This document shows positions 1 to 12,600 of a stretch of 64,000 nt of DNA, piece by piece. The DNA is from Owenia fusiformis. Lineage: Eukaryota. Location of the stretch: assembly GCA_903813345.2 (NCBI GenBank), contig CAIIXF020000001.1:46562001-46626000 (forward strand), in the 5' to 3' direction. The translations under genes were made by a program, and so were the position numbers. The stretch's first letter is position 1, and every line of letters starts with the position of its first letter. The notes below the pieces were generated by a model. The model had not been told where the DNA came from and ran no database searches. It was given only the letters and a program-made list of their open reading frames with translations.

Positions 1-446
1 ATAAGCGTAATCAGATTATTTCAAGTCGAAATAGCTTATTTTCCTCGACGTATCTACACAAATCTATTCACTTACCGTTATATTGAGCGATCTAGATGCG
101 TCAATATTATAATTGTTTTAACTCATTGGCTTTAGTGGCCCGCGATACCTTTTACCCGTATTTCATTCATTTGAGACGCAATTGATATATTGGCAACAAA
201 TCAAATGTTCTAAATGATTCTTCTTCAGTTTGGAATGTTTCTCCTACCCGATATTCAAAGATGTGCCTTAAATATTATACTTTACATTGATCACGATTCT
301 TGTACATCTGTCTCTACGACATTTGCAAGAGTTGTTGATTGCATTGCCTTGATCGTTGGTCGAACTTCGATTCCAAATAAATCAGATGTTTATCCAAGCA
401 AATAATTGTAACAACTACATTATTTTTTAGCAGTTTTGACACCTAA

Positions 447-822
447 GCAGGGTAGCCTAGTGGCGTAGACTGAGGCTACTTTGCGGTTGAACGTCGTGGG
501 ATACGGAGGTCCCGCGTTCGAGCCCCAGGTACGGAGTTGTTGATCATTGTCACTACGGACACCCGGTCCGAAGGTCCAACCGTTTACCGGCCCTTGGCAT
601 GGGTTGGTTCTCTGGCCGCTCTTGCCGGAGACAGATTGTGAGACTGTGGTTGGTTCCTCCACTAACGTGCTTTAGTAAACTCCGGGAGTCATATAGTATG
701 GTAGCGGGCCCCCACCAAGGACAGTAGTGGAACGACGCGAATCGGTCCCAGTATGGTTGCCTTGCAACTGAAGAGACTCGAGGAAATCATGCCATTCGCA
801 GTGACCCAGAAAAGACTTTTGC
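447..822 (+). mobile_element. tRNA-derived SINE-like element
   Basis: GC/CpG-rich ~375 bp block in AT-rich DNA. Pol III A-box TAGCCTAGTGG (453-463) and B-box CGTTCGAGCCC (515-525). No clean cloverleaf; ends approximate. Confidence 0.65.
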
Positions 823-2270
823 TTCTTAATTTGACGTTTTAATTCATTTATTTACATACTTTATTCATATTACTTTCCAGGCAGTTATGATTTTTATTGG
901 TCAAATGAATGAACGAGACATAGTGTATAGATACTATTAAATACATCTAGATAGTATCAAAACCATAATTCGATTTGTCGGACATATAGATAAAAGAACA
1001 AATGAAAACACAACACACAATATCAATATCAATTGCAATATCAAAATCAAATTGAGAATCAGATGACCTGCTAAGTCTAGTATTGATATAGATATTAAAG
1101 GGATCATTTTAAACTGCCAATTAAAACTTGCTGTATTCAATGTTTCAAAATAATCAAACTGAAATATTGGGGAAAATAATTGATATTTCGTTTGTGGAAT
1201 GAAAACTGATGATAGAGATAATATCAGTAGCCAAAAATTATAAGCAATTTAAACATGGAAATGATGCCAATTTAGAAGTATTATATGAAAAAAAATGTTT
1301 GTGAAATGGTTAGAAAATGAAATAACTTCAGAATTAATGGGATCATTGAGGCACACATTGATAAAAATCACACTTGGATTTGGAAAGATTTAAAGTAAAA
1401 CAAATGAATGCGTTTCTCCATGACAACATATCTTGCTCTCTCTCCATGACAACAAGTTTTGGCCCCATCAGCACAAGATCGAAAATATAGTAATTATCAA
1501 ATTAGAAATGTGAAACTAATTTATATTTAATAGCACAATTATTTATTTCTACCAATGAAACAATACAGTATAAATAAATGTTTCTTCATTGAATACAGAA
1601 TTTACCACAGTTAAATATATTTTATGAAGTACAGGGTTTACCATAATCAAACATAAATAACAGAATTATGACTTTATCCTCTATGAAATACAAAAATTGA
1701 TGGTTAACTGGAATTAAGTTTGTTTAGACGACCCCTCAATCTGAAACGCCTAGCATCAGTTAAAAAATTCTGGCCGCAGCTGAGATGTTCAAAGATTTTA
1801 AATTAAGCTTCATCTGAAATTGCGCGATAAACTTTTAATTGAATATGAATATATAAAAAAACAGATTAACATCCAGTCTCATATTAAAAAGTTGAAAGTT
1901 AAAATATTGTGGAAGTAAAATAAAAATGAATTTTTTAATTTTGAAGACTTGTCTGTTCAATGAAAACATGTATAATTTAAACCAAGGTGTATAATAAAGT
2001 AATATATAAACTATCTATTTTATATGCTGATACAGTAGAATTTTTCTTGGCTTTTCAACATAGCACCATATTTGACTTTTCAGGCTCCACTTTTATTATT
2101 CTATGCCTATATAATGTTACTGTGCACTATCATACATGTGCATTATCATGTGTCTACATGACGTTTTGAAAGAGTATAGAGCTAGATTCAAAGCACCGTT
2201 CTTGCGAGTTTCAAATGAAAATATTGAAAAACGCGCGAGTATGAGGACCGCAACTTTTTATGTCTACACT

Positions 2271-3297
2271 CACACCCGGTGATCGTGAATATGGGACGGA
2301 GGGGGGGGGAGCAGGCGATTTCTGCTAGGAAATTCAACAAATCTGGAAGATTTATTTTTTCAAGAAAAAGTTTACTATTGAATTGCTAAATGGATAGGCG
2401 CACGGTATGGTAGAATATGTTAGGTTTTCTGGGATTTTTTCTGAAACGATACGCATCTAAGGTATGAGATCTATTAAAAAAGGCGCAAGGCCATCAACAG
2501 GCACAAATCAACGTTTTTGCTATAAATCAAGCAACAATGGTCTGGACGACCTGTAATAAATACTTGTAAGTGATGTTATCATAACTAAATTAATGTCATT
2601 GCTGAATTTATAAAATAAGTTTCCATATGTGAAATAAAAAATAATCGAAAATAATGAATTTGGGACGGAGGGGGGGGGGAGGGGACGAAGGGGGGGGGAG
2701 CAATATGTATATAAGACATGATTAGAGATGTTTCGCGACTTTAAGTCATTTTACTCCAAATGTCCCCATTTTTCAGTCTCCAGGGGTATATCATCCAGTT
2801 TCTTACTAAGTTAATGAGTTAATTTTTCAAATACAAGAATTCGTGTGAAGTTGTTTCACTTTATAGAATTATTACTCCCCCCCCTCCGTCCCCTCCCCCC
2901 TCCGTCCCATTTTAATTATTTTCGATTATTTTTTATTTTACGTATGGAAACTTATTTTATAAATTCAGCAATGACATTAATTTAGTTATGATAACATCAC
3001 TTACAAGTATTTATTACAGGTCGTGTAATCCATTGTTGCTTGATTTATAGCAAAAACTTTGACTTTTGCACGTTGGTTGCGTTGCGCCTTTTTTAATAGA
3101 TCTTATATCTTAAAAGAGTATCGGTTGAAAAATAATCCTAGAATACCTAACATGTTTTATCATACCGTGCGCTTATTCAATTTGCAATTCAATCGTAAAC
3201 TCTGTCTTGAAAAAATAATTTTACCAGATTTGTTGAATTTTCTAGCGGAAATTGCCTGCTCCCCCCCTCCGTCCCATTTTCACGATCACCGGGTGTG
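2271..3297. mobile_element. Non-autonomous foldback DNA transposon with ~430-bp inverted arms, CAC termini, 5-bp TSD
   Basis: Ends CACACCCGGTGATCGTGAA / TTCACGATCACCGGGTGTG. Arms ~2271-2705 and ~2870-3297 are imperfect reverse complements. ACACT at 2266-2270 and 3298-3302. Confidence 0.88.
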
Positions 3298-3339
3298 ACA
3301 CTGACAAAAATGGTTAAGGCAATGTGCCGTCCCACTGGC

Positions 3340-3448
3340 ACGCATTTCGGTACAACGCGCATCGGTAGGCCTATGTTGGTTTTCGGCACAATGCGCGTCG
3401 GTATAATGGGTTTCGGTATAATACGCGTCGGTATAATGAGGAGATCCC
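3340..3448. repeat. ~15-bp tandem repeats (TCGGTATAAT core), probable single terminus of a DNA transposon
   Basis: Repeated tcggtataat/tcggcacaat/tcggtacaac units ending GAGGAGATCCC; no partner end seen. Confidence 0.5.
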
Positions 3449-4718
3449 ATTCATCATGTTTAGGGTCATTCTGACCATGTACATTCTGATCCTGGTCATG
3501 TAAATGATATGTGGAAATAGTTAAATTAACTGGAGGTCTAAAACATGTCTAAAAATGCAGAATTTTTTTGTCATTTCCTGTTTTGTCATTTCCTGTTAAG
3601 TATCATGGCACCTTAAAGTAGATTGTAAATATTGTATTGTTTTTCTGATTCAGGCCTCGTAAAACTCAAAATGGCCACCTAATGTGGGATTTCGCAATAA
3701 TTTTCTGATCTCTTAGAGAAGCATGACTATATTATACTCAAATTGAAGGAACTTTAGAGTAGATCACTATTATGGTATTGTTTTTTAAATTTGTGCCTCA
3801 GAAAATTCAAAATGGCTGCCTAGAGCAGGAATTCGCCATTACTTAGAGATATCTTTAAAGTATGGTTACATGATATAGACAGGTTCCAATTCAAATAATT
3901 CAAGTTTTTGAGGCATTTTTTAGAAAAAGCAACAGACCTATTTTTACTAGATCAGTTTTTCATGCTGATAAAGATATTAAAAGATGACAGCTCAACGGGG
4001 TGGTCACGACACTAAATTTTGGCATTTTTACCCCCCTAGGAAAATATTCTAGGGGGTACTATGAAACTAGTTCATAACTCAAAGGATATGTGAGCTATTG
4101 TTCTGAGTTGTACACCATACATTGCTAGTACAAATATGAATACTATCCTAAAGTTATGGGTTGATACCCTTATTGGTCTCAGAAAAATATAAAAAACAGG
4201 AAAAAGATACGCAATTTTTGTCTTGCCAATTTTATATTTGTAGCTTCAAGCACAATATGAGAGCTTTAACAGCTCAAAGTAGTATTTTAAAAACATTTCC
4301 AAGCTATGTGTGGTATTGTAATACATCTATTTTAGTTATGAAGTACTATTTTGTAATTTTAATATGACTTTATAGTGCCCTACCCCTGGAAAATTGAAGA
4401 AAGTGAATGTGGTGAATTTTATCATTTTGCAGCATTAAGTTAGAAACATGTATTGATAGACACCAAATCAATAAATTCATACCATCATCAAATGTTAGGT
4501 GACATTCTAATTCATTTATTACTAGAATATAGGATAATAAGATATTTTATATGTAAGTTTTCAATTAAGTACATGTATCATAATGAAATCTAGTGTAATC
4601 ACATACTAGAGAGGTTGGCATACAGTCTGGACATTGACATAAAGTCTAAACATTATAATCATCAATTGATCTCATTTGAGCAACTAGACTATGGTGGTCA
4701 TCATGCACAAGTAATGTA

Positions 4719-4895
4719 CAGTAGAACCTGCTAAGTGGAACACCTCTGTAAGTGGAACACCTCCCAAGTGGAACGCCTTTTCAAAGTCCCGTTTTAAAAA
4801 CCCATTGACTTAATGTTAATTGAACCTGGAACACCTCCAAACTTGAACAGTGAACACCCCATATTGAAAAATTAACCTGCTAAGTGGAACAGTCA
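4719..4895. mobile_element. pogo/Tigger-like (Tc1/mariner) MITE end
   Basis: TA|CAGTAGAACCT start with repeated AAGTGGAACACC motifs; related fragments near 26850-27010, 29743-29812 and 47365-47515. Confidence 0.55.
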
Positions 4896-7800
4896 ATTTC
4901 CATAGATTTCAATATTGATATATGTAAACAGAATTAATCTCCCTCAATGATATCTGGGTATGAAAACAGGTAATACTGTGATAATTGGCAAATTAGGATT
5001 TTAATGGATTAACCTCCTGTAGAGGTCAACATGTGATGCAACCAACAATTAATTTGATAATCAGCAAATTAGGATTTCATAAGATTTTCATTCAGAAAAT
5101 TGGATTAACCTCCTGTAGAACTGGACACGTGATGCTACCACTAATTAATATCCCTTGCTGTTTGTTTCAAACTTAATAAGTAAGATTAAAAATGTCATTT
5201 AAAAACAATTGAATTATTAGCAGTAGGAACAATTCATTAAAACTTAATTGCCTAATCCTTGTACCTGAGACTGGCACAATTAGGAGGATTAAGAATGTCA
5301 GAAAACATTTTTGGCAGAATGAGGAGGATTAAGAATGTCAGATACCTTTTTGAGTAAAATAAATGGATTATTAATGGTATATACCTGCCCTGTAATGAAG
5401 GGAGAATCATATTTCCAATGATACATATAAATCCTATACTGCAATGATCTCAATATTTATTGAAGGAAGAGTAGATGGTAAATATTACATTGTGACTGTA
5501 CAGATTCATATAGGGTTTGTTGGGATTTGCTACTCCGTGGAGTTGCCGATTGCTAGTTATCAAACAGTAATATTTGAGGCAACATGAGTAACTATTTTTG
5601 TTAATCAATATCAGTAATTTATTTTAAATATTAATTTTTTTACAATCAGTAGTAGACATAGTATTAAGACATATGTAAAATATTAAAACATGATGATTCC
5701 ACATGAAATCCAAATCAGTAATGCACATCTTATACTGTATATATTATCAATATATATTTTAAGGGATTTGAACTTTGACAATTAAATCAGATACTGGCAC
5801 CCCATATTTCAGAAACTGCAAAAACAACCTATAATTAAACCATTGATAGACTTAGATACATGCCTTTTATGGGAATATTACAGTTTCAAAAAAATTCTAT
5901 TTTAAGGGTGTTCGCAAGAATATCATATATTTTTTAAAACATGTCGTGCCACTTTTGAGGCAAGAGTTTTTCAAGCTATGATGCAAACTTTCTTTTCTGT
6001 AAATACGAGACTATTGATGGTTCAAATTGCAGGGTGTAATTGTTTTTTTAATATGGGATCCTTCAAATCAGAGTTAGAGACATTAAGGACGTTATGAATA
6101 TGTTTTGATAAGATATGTTGGGTTAAAAACTTTACTTGTGTGAGGTACATGTTTAAACACTGATATGTATAAAAGTTAGATTTGACTAATGATACATTTT
6201 AATGAATGCCTACACCCCTCAAAAATCCAACAATAGGAAACCCCCGCCGAACAGCATTTTGAAGTATGTTTCTATTGGATGAAAAATTGGATGAATTTGT
6301 TACAATTCATAATTTTGAACATAAACAGGGTTTGACATGTGTATCAATTACCAAAAGTGGTCTTCCTATGGAGAGGATTTGCTATATAGTTTTGAAATCC
6401 AGTTTAAGTCATATCATGTCGGAAGTTTAAGAGATTTGCCAAACGGTTGGGGGGGGGGTGTAATTCATTTTGAATGGTTTGATTCCTCATGAGTTATTGA
6501 ACCAATCATTGCATTTCTGCAACTTGATAAAAACACATGGGGATCTTGAGGATTGGATTCACAGTATTTTTCACCATTAAATCACTATAACTGATACATC
6601 GTTATTAAGTTATTAAAACAATACAAAAGAAAAAATTGTTTACTTTGGTGTATAACAAATACTAAAACGTCTATGTCTATGTACAAATGGATAGTATATG
6701 TATATGAGTATAAAATCACATAATTCCGCACTGGGCACATAATTGTATATGTTGTTAACAAACAATGTACAATGTACATGTACCCAGTCCATCCCTTTCC
6801 AATATATCAAAGATGGTCAGCATTCATAAAAATATGAATCATTAATTGAAATGTTACTCATGTATAATTATTTCAAATGCCCTATATAAAATCTTAAAAT
6901 ATTTCTTTGTTTCTGCTTCTGAATAATTGGATTTCTCATATATTTGCATTCCAAAACCTTTGTTAACGATAGTAAAGATTTCCAATAATTTTAAATACTT
7001 AGACATTGTAAAACACATTATTTTCTAAACGTAAAGAATTTGAATAACACTTAAAAAATTCATATAAAATAAATTTCATAATTAGGCTAATGATTCATTA
7101 TTTAAAAATTTCAAAGCTTCAAATTCCTCTGAAAAACATAACCATCATGATATATTACAGCAGGCCATGTGCTTGTCATAAATGCATTTTCTCTGGCAGT
7201 GTTTACTTTAAACACGAGTCTCTTTTTGGTCCCAAATTCGCTGTCCACTTAATTAATTTAGACATATTTTGCATCAAGTCCTTCATTAAAACCACTCTTT
7301 CGCTAAGGGTAAATAAATATAGATGGCTCTAATAGCAGGACTTGATGCAAGAGCAGCACCACAGCCAGAACATGACAAAGTTAAAAAAAATTCTAAAAAA
7401 CTGTAGCTTTTTTGGATCAAAAATGATAAAAATCTATATACAAAATGTAAATAAAATATAACATGTGCTTTTCAAAAAATGTTTCTGTCATTTTCAGTTC
7501 TGGCTATGGGCCTTATATTAAGGCTAATGGATTTTCAAATTATAGTTATAGTTCTAAATATGGAATACATGTGTTCGCTAATTGAAAGGGCCTAGTATGA
7601 AACTGTGTGAAAGTATGAATAAATGTACTTATATACAAAATGATTTAATAAATATACTACATGAGTAATATAAACAATGTTTTGAATGCTAAATAAGTGG
7701 AAACATCTGGTTTCTAACATGATCTCCCTTCATGGATGCGCAACATTGAGTCTTTAAAAAATCCACGGATAACGATACAATGCTTATTTTGTTTATAAAA

Positions 7801-9399
7801 TATCAGTTTCGCTTCAGTTTCTGGAAAGGAAAAAGGTTGACATATTGTAGAATCGGGATATTAGGATATCCAGATAGTTCTGAATGTCAAGAGAAATCCA
7901 TTGTACAATATCAGTGCATTTTTCAATAGACTCAATTTTCTACATAAGTATACATAGGAGACAGTTTGGATATGTTAAAATAATCAACTACACATATTAT
8001 ACAGATATTCTAATCCTACTGATATGTGCCTGGGAAACACACGTGAAAAACTTTCATACAAGCAAAACACAATTTCATCGCTTCATTCTTAAATCTAAGA
8101 TTGAAATACCAACTAAAACATTTTACATTGTAAAATTTAATATGACTAATTCTTTCATATTTACTGAATAATGAAATAATTGACCACAATTTGTTTACAA
8201 ACATACAAAAAATACCATAAGGTGAAAAAGCATCAAAACAACATAATCCCTTCCAATACTTTTACACAACAATTTAAATAAAATATTAAGGAAAGGAAAA
8301 CTTGTTATCAAAGGAGGTATTTAACTATCATGCATTGAGGTTGTAAGTTTTTAATTGTCAGTTAAAGTAAAATAACATGCATGTATAATGGAAAATGTAC
8401 AAGAGCCCACTTTATATAATAATAGCACCATGGAGTGGACTGCTTACTACACAGTTTCAGCATAGCATCAAATTGTACATTGCAATACTTTGGAATGACT
8501 ATAAAATGGTTTAAAACATATACATCCTATATTATCTATCAGAGTATAAAATAAACAAAATGAACATCTTCTAATGTACAAACTATATATAGTTATGATA
8601 ATATTAGAGATCACAAAATTTATCCCAAAATGCATTGGGACTTTCCCTCCTGTGATCTGTGAACAAAAGTGTTCCTTAAATGGAGTCTGGTTACAAATGC
8701 ATGATGGGACTCAACAACCTCATGTGCTGTGTGTGATCTTAATGTCTCTAAAAAGGAACATTTCCTAGACCAAAAGCTAAAACTAAAATTACATGGGGCA
8801 TGGTCAATAGATCAAGATCTTTCAAAAAACAACATTTTTGATGTTGAAACAAAACAGAATGGGATTTAGCCCTTCCCATATTGTACACAATCATGTCTTG
8901 CAAGATGTCAATGTTTTGACCCAAACCCATATATTACTAACCAACTATGTATAAATACTAAGAACTTTATAACCTCTTCTGCAACCTACAACTAACAGGG
9001 TAATGTATCTAAGCAGTGCAAGTCAAAATCAACTGAAGTTCAGTGGTTCAAATCTACAACCTTAGAACTTCGAGTTCAATGGGCCAAATATACAATGTTA
9101 TAACTTCCTCAGTCTAATTTTGATCTGAACTGTATAGGACTTCATTAAACTACTATTTATAAGATTGCTTTATATAAAACGACAACATATGTAAATGCCA
9201 GTATTATCAGGTGAGGTAGATATATAGAATTCACAGCTGCCCCAAGACAATTGTGAAAAATGCAATCAATTAAAGTTGAATCAGATATGATCAACGTATG
9301 TTTTACCAAAAGTTATTTTTCCATATTCTCCTTTTTTCAAATCTATGAACTGATAAACAAGCACAATCTAAACGTTAGTATATCACATCCTGGATCTGG

Positions 9400-9530
9400 A
9401 ATTATTTAATTGGCCATTGTTTTTTGTACTGTTATCTGATTGGTCAATGTTTTTGTGCTTTTATTTGATTGGACAATTTGTTGGTGATGTCATCTGACTG
9501 GACATGGTGTTTTGTTATCTGATTGGACAG
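9400..9530. repeat. ~29-bp degenerate tandem repeat (5 copies) overlapping the laminin stop codon
   Basis: Core TGTTATCTGATTGGACA repeated. Confidence 0.75.
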
Positions 9531-9660
9531 GAGCTGAGATGCACATCCACCAGTTGGTACATATTATACCAATCAGCCTCCTCTCCATTCACCTCCACAT
9601 TCTTCATACAGCCCTCAAAGTATTCATTCGACTCAGTTGCCCCCTGAGGCTCAGAGAATA
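9515..9660 (-). CDS. LAMA1/2: exon 57, last coding exon (LG5, stop TAA at 9515-9517)
   Basis: FSEPQGA...[13 protein letters not shown]...VHLSSCPIR*. Confidence 0.92.
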
Positions 9661-12600
9661 CTGCAAAGTTACAAAAATAAATATTGTGTTAATGTGTATG
9701 AGGATATACAATGTAGAAGAGGTTTCGCTGGACTTCAATGAAACTGGAAAAGCAACAACAACAGGGCATAAAGGTGGTAGGGCATAAACACACCAAAGTA
9801 TGTATTAATTTGACTAAGGAGAGAATACTGCAAAACGACATTAGTCACAGGGTATAAACACATCAAAGTATTCACTGGACTTCAGAGAGAATACTTCAAA
9901 GCAAAAATACTCATTGTGTCAGGGCCCTAACTTAACAATATAACACAAAAATAATTTCATCTGAGATGGGGTCAATCTTAATTCACAGACATATTGTTAA
10001 TAAAAAAGTTTTGGTTAATATGAGCTATACCTGGGTAGCCTCCGAAAAACAGGAGGTCAGAAGTGTCCAATGAAGGAACATCTCCATTTGTATCCATGGT
10101 AACAACTGATTTGCCGTCATCAACTTTGAGCACTAGTCGATCCCCACTGAATTGAGCTATCACTTGGTGCCAACGGCTGTCACACAAAGCATATGGTGTC
10201 GTCATGTTTGACGTGGCACTGAACTTGCCATTCTTGTTTGTCATGCTGAACATTATCTGCAAATCAATAAAACAAAGGTGTGAACGATGAAATGTATGCA
10301 TGCTATGCACTAATTCAGGAAATTAAACTGATTTGTCATTTTTAGCTTGTAATGTCTAAATTCATGGATTTCCTTCATGCTGAGTAGAATGACCTAGCTG
10401 GACAAAAAGGCTGAACCTGTTACATGTAGGGGCACACCCTGAAGTTGTGCCTTCAGATGAGAATGTAGCTTATTCATAAATAAAAATACATGAATGACCA
10501 TTTGCAAGTCCAAATACAATATCCACAATACCACAGTGATATAACATGGCAGAGAATAATTTGATATAACCATCACAATCTATGATTAAAACACAGGCCA
10601 GGTACATTAACATATATTCTTCATTAACATATATTTTGTGTAAATATTCATAAAGGATTCTCGCTTGAACTTTTTATCTACTTCAATCATTAACATTAGT
10701 TTCCATCTGCTTTTTCATTTAAATTCACTGATTTTATTCTTTCACATTAATGCCCTTTAGTTTGAATTCACTAACCTTTCCATTGTGTAGACTTAGAGCC
10801 AGTGCAGGAGTTCCACTGGGGGAGGATATAGACAGTAGAATTCCATTCTGTTTGTGTGTACGGAATTCAAGCTTGATCATGAAGTCTGTACCAACATTAT
10901 AGTTCTCTCCTGCAAAGAGAAAATATGAGTTAAAAAAGCCACATTTGATATATTTAAATACAATTACAGCATTTAAATGTATTTTAATTCGCATTTGATA
11001 TTGACAAATGTGATTCAGAACATATTCACCACAACTAGAATGCATTATTTTTTTTATAAAAATTTTTTGCTATTTTAAATCAAGCAGCCATCTTGAAAAT
11101 TTGTTCTCCACTTCTCGAGTCTTATTTCTCTCAGACATCAACATACAAAATTTGATACAAAACTGTTGACTGGTATTTGATTTATCAAAGATTACATTTT
11201 TATGAATAATAGTGGCACTTTCAGCAGACATCTTGAACTTTTCTTCTTAGCAGCTAGAGCTCATTTGTCTCTAAGGCACTAGCATATAAAATTTAACTAA
11301 ATCCATCAACTGGTATTTGAGTTATTGCATGGATGGATGAATGAATGGATGGACAGACAGATAAATGGATGAATGGATGGACAGCTTTTCTATAACCCTA
11401 AAATCAGCTAAACAAGGTAGGCAGAGTATAATGAATACACTTTTGACCAGAGCCTCAATTAAAAAATTTGCCACTTCAATTTAATTGATAGGAGACTAAA
11501 CAAGGTCATTATTTAGAGCTAGAAAATGATCATATACATACTATATATAGCATAGGCATCTCCATTGAAATAGACTCCTTTCTCTGTGGTCTCATAACAA
11601 GATCCTATACCCATGATTGACTTAGAATTGGCTAGATCTATCTTTTCGTCATTCAGCACAAACTTGCGCATACAGCCCTTGAAGCTCTCAGGTTCCTGTA
11701 AAAAAGAAGAATAAAAAAATCAGTAATGCCTCAGTTTAAAAAGTCAATTCTGATTGGTCAAGAATGAACAATAGTGTTGAATGTTGACTGTGTAATCCAA
11801 ACATATTCAAATCCTTGAACATGGAAATTATCTTAACTGTCGTCCTCTCATACAAATAATTGTATTTGAGTTATTAATTGTAGTTTAGGAGGGAGGGGAG
11901 GTAATCAAGTCAATCAAAATGTGAGTTAATTTTCATTTTAATGCCCAGAAGTTTTAGCTAAGAGTTACATGGTATTTACACCTAGTTTGATAAGATTTGA
12001 TTCTACAAAAAATTCACAATTTAACAATGATATGGAGTTAGGTTGGCTACTAAAAATGGATTTACATCGTCCCTTCATTCTATAATGGTTTTGATTAAAG
12101 ATTGAACATAAATTGTCTACATTCAAAGCATGAAAGCTCCATCTCTGAGCATAACACATCCCCCTGCTGCTTATATGTTTGAACTTACCAAACCAGATCT
12201 AAGCTCATAAATCTCTGGAAGACCTCCCACATACATGGGCGCTTGAACATCTATCTTCCTAGCAATTTTGTCTTGCTTTTCTGCACCATTATCAACTTTT
12301 AGTGTCACTATTGTGCGATTTTTCTTCATTACAAGCTGGAATATACAAAGGAACATGTTTTTATGGCGTTATGGTAATTAGCTTGTTTATAACTATTCAA
12401 TACATGTATTAGTGTATAAGTGACCACTATTTCAAAATCCCATGCTTTTACTTCAGCAAATGTTTTAATCCATCTGATTTTCCAAAAAAAAGATTCTGTT
12501 CCCGAAATAGGGGTTTGTTAATTTAAACATTTTAAAATGTCATGGGACAATTTGAAAATTACCTGGTGCCATTTTCCATCATCCATGCCTTTCTGACTCG

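Noticed and set aside
447..530. Functional tRNA gene
   Set aside because: A and B boxes are present but I could not fold an acceptor stem and anticodon arm; better explained as a SINE head.
751..792. Hammerhead-ribozyme-like CTGAAGA...GAAA with possible stem III (GTATGGT/ATCATGC) in the SINE-like element
   Set aside because: No G-C closed stem II before GAAA, and stem I cannot form in register with an NUH site.
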